Source: Chitinophagaceae bacterium
Lineage (GTDB): Bacteria; Bacteroidota; Bacteroidia; Chitinophagales; Chitinophagaceae
Assembly (NCBI GenBank): GCA_021323155.1
Contig: JAJTCI010000002.1
Coordinates: forward strand, 1 to 35,411
Length of the DNA: 35,411 nucleotides
Direction of reading: 5' to 3'
The notes under the pieces were generated by a model. It worked only from the letters and a program-made list of their open reading frames with translations. It was not told where the DNA came from and made no database searches. The translations under genes and the position numbers were made by a program. Shown one piece after another: positions 31,971-35,411 of the stretch (within the stretch, counting starts at the first letter, position 1; every line of letters begins with the position of its first letter).

Positions 31971-34067
31971 ATGTACAATAAACAGCAAATCAAGGAACTG
32001 CAACGACTCACCACCGAACTGATTTCGCTTGAAAAAAAACAGGGCGATGCTTCGGCTTGTATCGGCGACCTGCGACACGCCCTTCGATTCCATGAATACC
32101 GCTATTATGTGATGAGCGATCCCCTGGTCACCGACTTCGAATACGACCTCCTTTACAAAATGCTGGAGCGTACAGAGGCGGCACATCCGCATCTCGTCAC
32201 GAAGGATTCCCCAACACAACGAGTTGGCAGCAGCCTCAACCAGTCGTTTCCTACGGTACAGCATCTGGTACCTATGTTAAGCCTCGAGAACAGTTATAAC
32301 GAAGAAGACCTGGTAGACTGGGACAGGAAAGCCAGGGAACTGACGGGGCAGACTGAAGTAGAGTACTGCATTGAACCGAAGTTTGATGGCGCAAGTATTT
32401 CGCTGATCTACGAAGACGATTTTTTTGTACGGGGCGCTACACGCGGAGACGGTGTACACGGTGATGAGATCACCACGAACCTGAAACAGGTGCGCTCTAT
32501 TCCTCTAAAAGCTCCTTTTTCATCTCATGGCATCCAGCAGATCGAGATACGGGGCGAGGTGATGATGAGCAAGAAAGCATTCAAGGCATACAACGATATG
32601 CTTTCAGAACAAAACCTGCCACCGCTGGCGAATCCACGCAATGCAGCCGCGGGTAGCCTCCGCATAAAAGACCCGAAAGAGGTTGCACGTCGCAGGCTGG
32701 AAGCTTTTCTATACAATGTGAGTTATTACCATTTGGAAAAAGATGATAAGTTTCCAAAAGCACTCACCTCTCACAGCGGTTGCCTTGAACTACTCTGGAA
32801 TTGCGGGTTTCGGAGCCCCCAACAAGAGAAGGTAGTGATAAAAGGAATTGATGCAGTGATGCGCCACTGCGCCTCCTATGAAGCAAAAAGAGATGAACTT
32901 CCCTATGAAATTGACGGGATGGTGATAAAAGTGAATGATGTGGCGCTGCAGGATCTCATGGGGATGACCACCCATCACCCGCGATGGGCCATCGCGTTCA
33001 AGTTTAAAGCAAGACAGGCAAGCAGCAAACTGCGCGCGGTTGAATTCCAGGTAGGTCGGACTGGCGCTATAACACCCGTAGCGAAGATCGACCCGGTGCC
33101 GATTGGTGGCGTAACTGTCGGCTCCATCTCACTCTTTAACGAAGACGTCATCCGGGAGAAAGATCTTATGATCGGCGATACCGTCCTGGTAGAAAGAGCC
33201 GGCGACGTAATACCTTATATCGTTCGCTCCCAGCCGGAAGACAGGACCGGTGGGGAGAAAAAAATAAAGTTCCCGAAGCAATGCCCGGCCTGCAACAGTG
33301 AATTGATGAAGGAAGAGGAAGAAGCGGTATGGCGATGTGTGAATATTGAATGCCCGGCTCAGGTAGTTGAGCGCATCATTCATTTCGTAAGTAAGGACGC
33401 GATGGATATCCGCAGCTTTGGTACGGCGAATGTTTCCAAGTTTTATGAATTGGGTTTATTAAAAGACATTCCCGGGATCTATACGCTGGACTTTGAAGCG
33501 ATCGGTAAGCTCGAAGGATTTGGAAAAAAAAGCATCGACAACCTGCGTAGCGCGATCGAAGGCTCGAAACAGCAGCCTTTGAATCGCCTGATATTCGCAC
33601 TGGGTATCCGCTTTGTTGGCGAAACCACTGCAAAGACACTGGCCAACTCGGTTTCACACCTGCTCGACTTTGCTAAGATGAACGAAACGGATCTCCAGCA
33701 ACTGGAGGACGTTGGTGTTAAAGTAGCAAACAGCATTCAACAGTTCTTCAGCAATCAGCAGAACCTGGAAATGCTGCGGCAACTCGAGGCTTTGGGTCTT
33801 CAATTCCAAAACCAGAAACGCCAATCTTCGGGTACGGATACATTACATGGTCAGACATTTCTTTTTACGGGTACCCTTTCAAAACTCAAAAGGAGTGACG
33901 CGGAAGAAATGGTGGAACAACACGGCGGTAAGCTTGTAAGCGGGGTCAGTAGCAAACTCAACTACCTGGTAGTTGGAGAAGACGCGGGTAGTAAACTGGA
34001 GAAAGCAAAAAAGATCAACACCATCAGGATAATCACCGAGGATGAATTCCTGGCATTAATACACTAG
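31971..34067 (+). CDS. ligA: NAD-dependent DNA ligase
   Basis: 698 aa. Adenylation motif CIEPKFDGASISL (KxDG), an OB fold, a Zn-finger (CPACNSELMKEEEEAVWRCVNIECPAQ), HhH repeats and a C-terminal BRCT (GQTFLFTGTL...VVGEDAGSKLEKAKK). Confidence 0.95.
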   Translation: MYNKQQIKELQRLTTELISLEKKQGDASACIGDLRHALRFHEYRYYVMSDPLVTDFEYDLLYKMLERTEAAHPHLVTKDSPTQRVGSSLNQSFPTVQHLVPMLSLENSYNEEDLVDWDRKARELTGQTEVEYCIEPKFDGASISLIYEDDFFVRGATRGDGVHGDEITTNLKQVRSIPLKAPFSSHGIQQIEIRGEVMMSKKAFKAYNDMLSEQNLPPLANPRNAAAGSLRIKDPKEVARRRLEAFLYNVSYYHLEKDDKFPKALTSHSGCLELLWNCGFRSPQQEKVVIKGIDAVMRHCASYEAKRDELPYEIDGMVIKVNDVALQDLMGMTTHHPRWAIAFKFKARQASSKLRAVEFQVGRTGAITPVAKIDPVPIGGVTVGSISLFNEDVIREKDLMIGDTVLVERAGDVIPYIVRSQPEDRTGGEKKIKFPKQCPACNSELMKEEEEAVWRCVNIECPAQVVERIIHFVSKDAMDIRSFGTANVSKFYELGLLKDIPGIYTLDFEAIGKLEGFGKKSIDNLRSAIEGSKQQPLNRLIFALGIRFVGETTAKTLANSVSHLLDFAKMNETDLQQLEDVGVKVANSIQQFFSNQQNLEMLRQLEALGLQFQNQKRQSSGTDTLHGQTFLFTGTLSKLKRSDAEEMVEQHGGKLVSGVSSKLNYLVVGEDAGSKLEKAKKINTIRIITEDEFLALIH

Positions 34068-34070
34068 ATT

Positions 34071-35210
34071 ATGACGGAGCAGGTCAGGAATATTTTTCTG
34101 GAAAAGTTTGGAACCGAGCCAAGCGTGTTTTTCTCCCCGGGGAGGATCAACCTCATGGGCGAGCACGTGGACTATAACGATGGGTTTGTAATGCCGGCAG
34201 CCATCAATCACGGGATTTGGTTTGCTATTGCAAAAAATGATACACCACGCGCCAGGTTTTTTGCGGCCGATCTTGATGACTACCTCCTGGTAGACATAAA
34301 CGACATTCAGCCGCAGGAAGGTTGGAAAAACTATGTGCTTGGGGTTATACACGTGTTACAGGAAAACAACTTGCCCGTCCAGGGTTTCGATTGCGCTTTC
34401 GGCGGCAACCTTCCCATCGGTTCCGGGTTGTCTTCTTCTGCTGCCGTTGAGTGTGGGCTCATCTTCGCGCTGAACGAGATCTTCCAGCTCGGGCAGGATC
34501 GAAAAACGCTTGCGCTGATGGCGCAGCGCGCGGAACATACTTTCGCCGGCGTAAAATGCGGGATTATGGACCAGTATGCCAGTCTCATGGGCAAGGCAGG
34601 AAATGTGTTATTGCTCGACTGTAAAACGATAGAACACCAGTATCTCCCATTCGAACTGCAGGACCATGTGCTCGTACTCCTTAACAGTAAAGTGCAGCAC
34701 GCGCTCGCTGGCGGGGAATACAACGTTCGACGCATGCAGTGCACAGAGGGCCTGGATTTAATAAAGCAACACGAACCTTCCGTCAAAACGTTTCGTGATG
34801 TCAGTAGGAATATGCTCTCAAAATATGAGCTGCAAATGGATCCTACTGTGTACAAGCGATGCCGCTACGTGGTCAACGAAATCGATCGAACACTTCAGGC
34901 CGCGGATCTTCTCCTCCAGAACAACATAGAAGCATTCGGCAAACGCATGTATGAAACACATCAAGGCCTTAGTAAAGGCTTCGGGGTGAGCTGCGACGAA
35001 CTTGACTTCCTGGTAAGCGAAGCTGCTGCTTTGCAGGTAACCGGTGCTAGGCTGATGGGCGGCGGGTTCGGTGGGTGCACCATTAATATTATCCGGAAAG
35101 AAGACCGGCATCAATCCATTTCAAAAATAGTCTCGGCTTATGACGAAAAATTTGGAACACAACCGGGTATTATTGAAATAGACATTGCCAACGGCACACA
35201 CGAAATCTAA
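34071..35210 (+). CDS. galK: Galactokinase
   Basis: 379 aa. Galactokinase signature GRINLMGEHVDYNDGFVMPAAI, GHMP kinase motif GGNLPIGSGLSSSAA, and C-terminal ARLMGGGFGGC. It starts 3 nt after the ligA stop. Confidence 0.95.
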   Translation: MTEQVRNIFLEKFGTEPSVFFSPGRINLMGEHVDYNDGFVMPAAINHGIWFAIAKNDTPRARFFAADLDDYLLVDINDIQPQEGWKNYVLGVIHVLQENNLPVQGFDCAFGGNLPIGSGLSSSAAVECGLIFALNEIFQLGQDRKTLALMAQRAEHTFAGVKCGIMDQYASLMGKAGNVLLLDCKTIEHQYLPFELQDHVLVLLNSKVQHALAGGEYNVRRMQCTEGLDLIKQHEPSVKTFRDVSRNMLSKYELQMDPTVYKRCRYVVNEIDRTLQAADLLLQNNIEAFGKRMYETHQGLSKGFGVSCDELDFLVSEAAALQVTGARLMGGGFGGCTINIIRKEDRHQSISKIVSAYDEKFGTQPGIIEIDIANGTHEI

Positions 35211-35215
35211 ATCCA

Positions 35216-35411
35216 ATGCTACCGCGCTCTACACTGCAGTTCCTGAAGGACCTCTCGAAGAACAACAACCGGGAATGGTTCGAGGCAAATCGCAACCGTT
35301 ATGAATCAGCGCGCCAGGATTTTATCGGCCTGGCAGACGCCATCATCAAAAGCTTTTGTAAGAAGGACAGTGATTTCACACAGCTGGAAGGTAAAAAATG
35401 CCTGTTCCGGA
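35216..35411 (+). CDS. DUF2461 (TIGR02453-like) family protein, N-terminal fragment (3' end outside window)
   Basis: This ORF is missing from the ORF track because no stop falls within the window. The ATG at 35216 gives MLPRSTLQFLKDLSKNNNREWFEANRNRYESARQDF..., which matches the characteristic FL.DL..NN.REWF N-terminus of this family. Confidence 0.55.
   Translation, partial: MLPRSTLQFLKDLSKNNNREWFEANRNRYESARQDFIGLADAIIKSFCKKDSDFTQLEGKKCLFR

Noticed and set aside
31857-32264. 135-aa minus-strand ORF across the ligA 5' end
   Set aside because: It overlaps the ligA N-terminal coding region and the promoter gap. It has no motif and is in the wrong context.
34331-34855. 174-aa ORF on the minus strand
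   Set aside because: It is antisense to galK, whose identity is certain from its signature motifs.
1-35411. Search for tRNA, rRNA, CRISPR arrays, IS elements, integrases and long direct or inverted repeats
   Set aside because: None was recognised by eye. The intergenic space is small, with the largest gaps about 120-140 nt, and is accounted for by promoters and terminators. A tRNAscan, Infernal or repeat-finder run would be needed to exclude small RNAs formally.

Overview
All family calls come from motif recognition by eye; no database search or alignment was run. The window is densely coding and looks like a Bacteroidota chromosome, probably Chitinophagia or Sphingobacteriia. Evidence for that: a SusC/SusD pair, a T9SS C-terminal sorting domain, lipoprotein and signal peptides ending in AQ/C, and TAnnTTTG-type promoter boxes.

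Left third (1-9.3 kb): small housekeeping and accessory genes.
- GT2 fragment, SDR, VOC, a secreted hypothetical, a SMUG-like UDG and a DUF5606-like protein with a Lys-rich tail.
- An M3 oligoendopeptidase broken into three ORFs.
- A sco-fur-membrane operon, divergent from a MerC-like gene and a signal-peptide-bearing CHAT protein.
- An AlkA-type glycosylase.

Middle (9.4-13.3 kb): POT and OPT peptide transporters in tandem.

Right part (13.3-31.8 kb): one 18.5-kb run of genes, all on the minus strand, for glycan utilisation.
- First unit: Nudix-wHTH regulator, GH13 with a T9SS tail, SusC, SusD, SusE-like, SusF-like.
- An intrinsic terminator follows.
- Second unit: an 840-aa clan GH-A-like hydrolase, a GH2-GH53 fusion, an SSS symporter and a 68-aa membrane protein.
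- ligA-galK-DUF2461 follow on the plus strand.

No rRNA, tRNA, CRISPR array or IS element was recognised.

The most interesting signal is the polysaccharide utilisation locus (PUL). It seems to be controlled by a catalytically degenerate Nudix-type regulator. Two GTGTA-N5-TACAC palindromes sit in front of the GH13/SusC operon, and a third, degenerate copy sits in front of the regulator gene. The locus also mixes alpha-glucan and beta-galactan enzymes. I see no clear evidence of a wholly new system such as a defence island.
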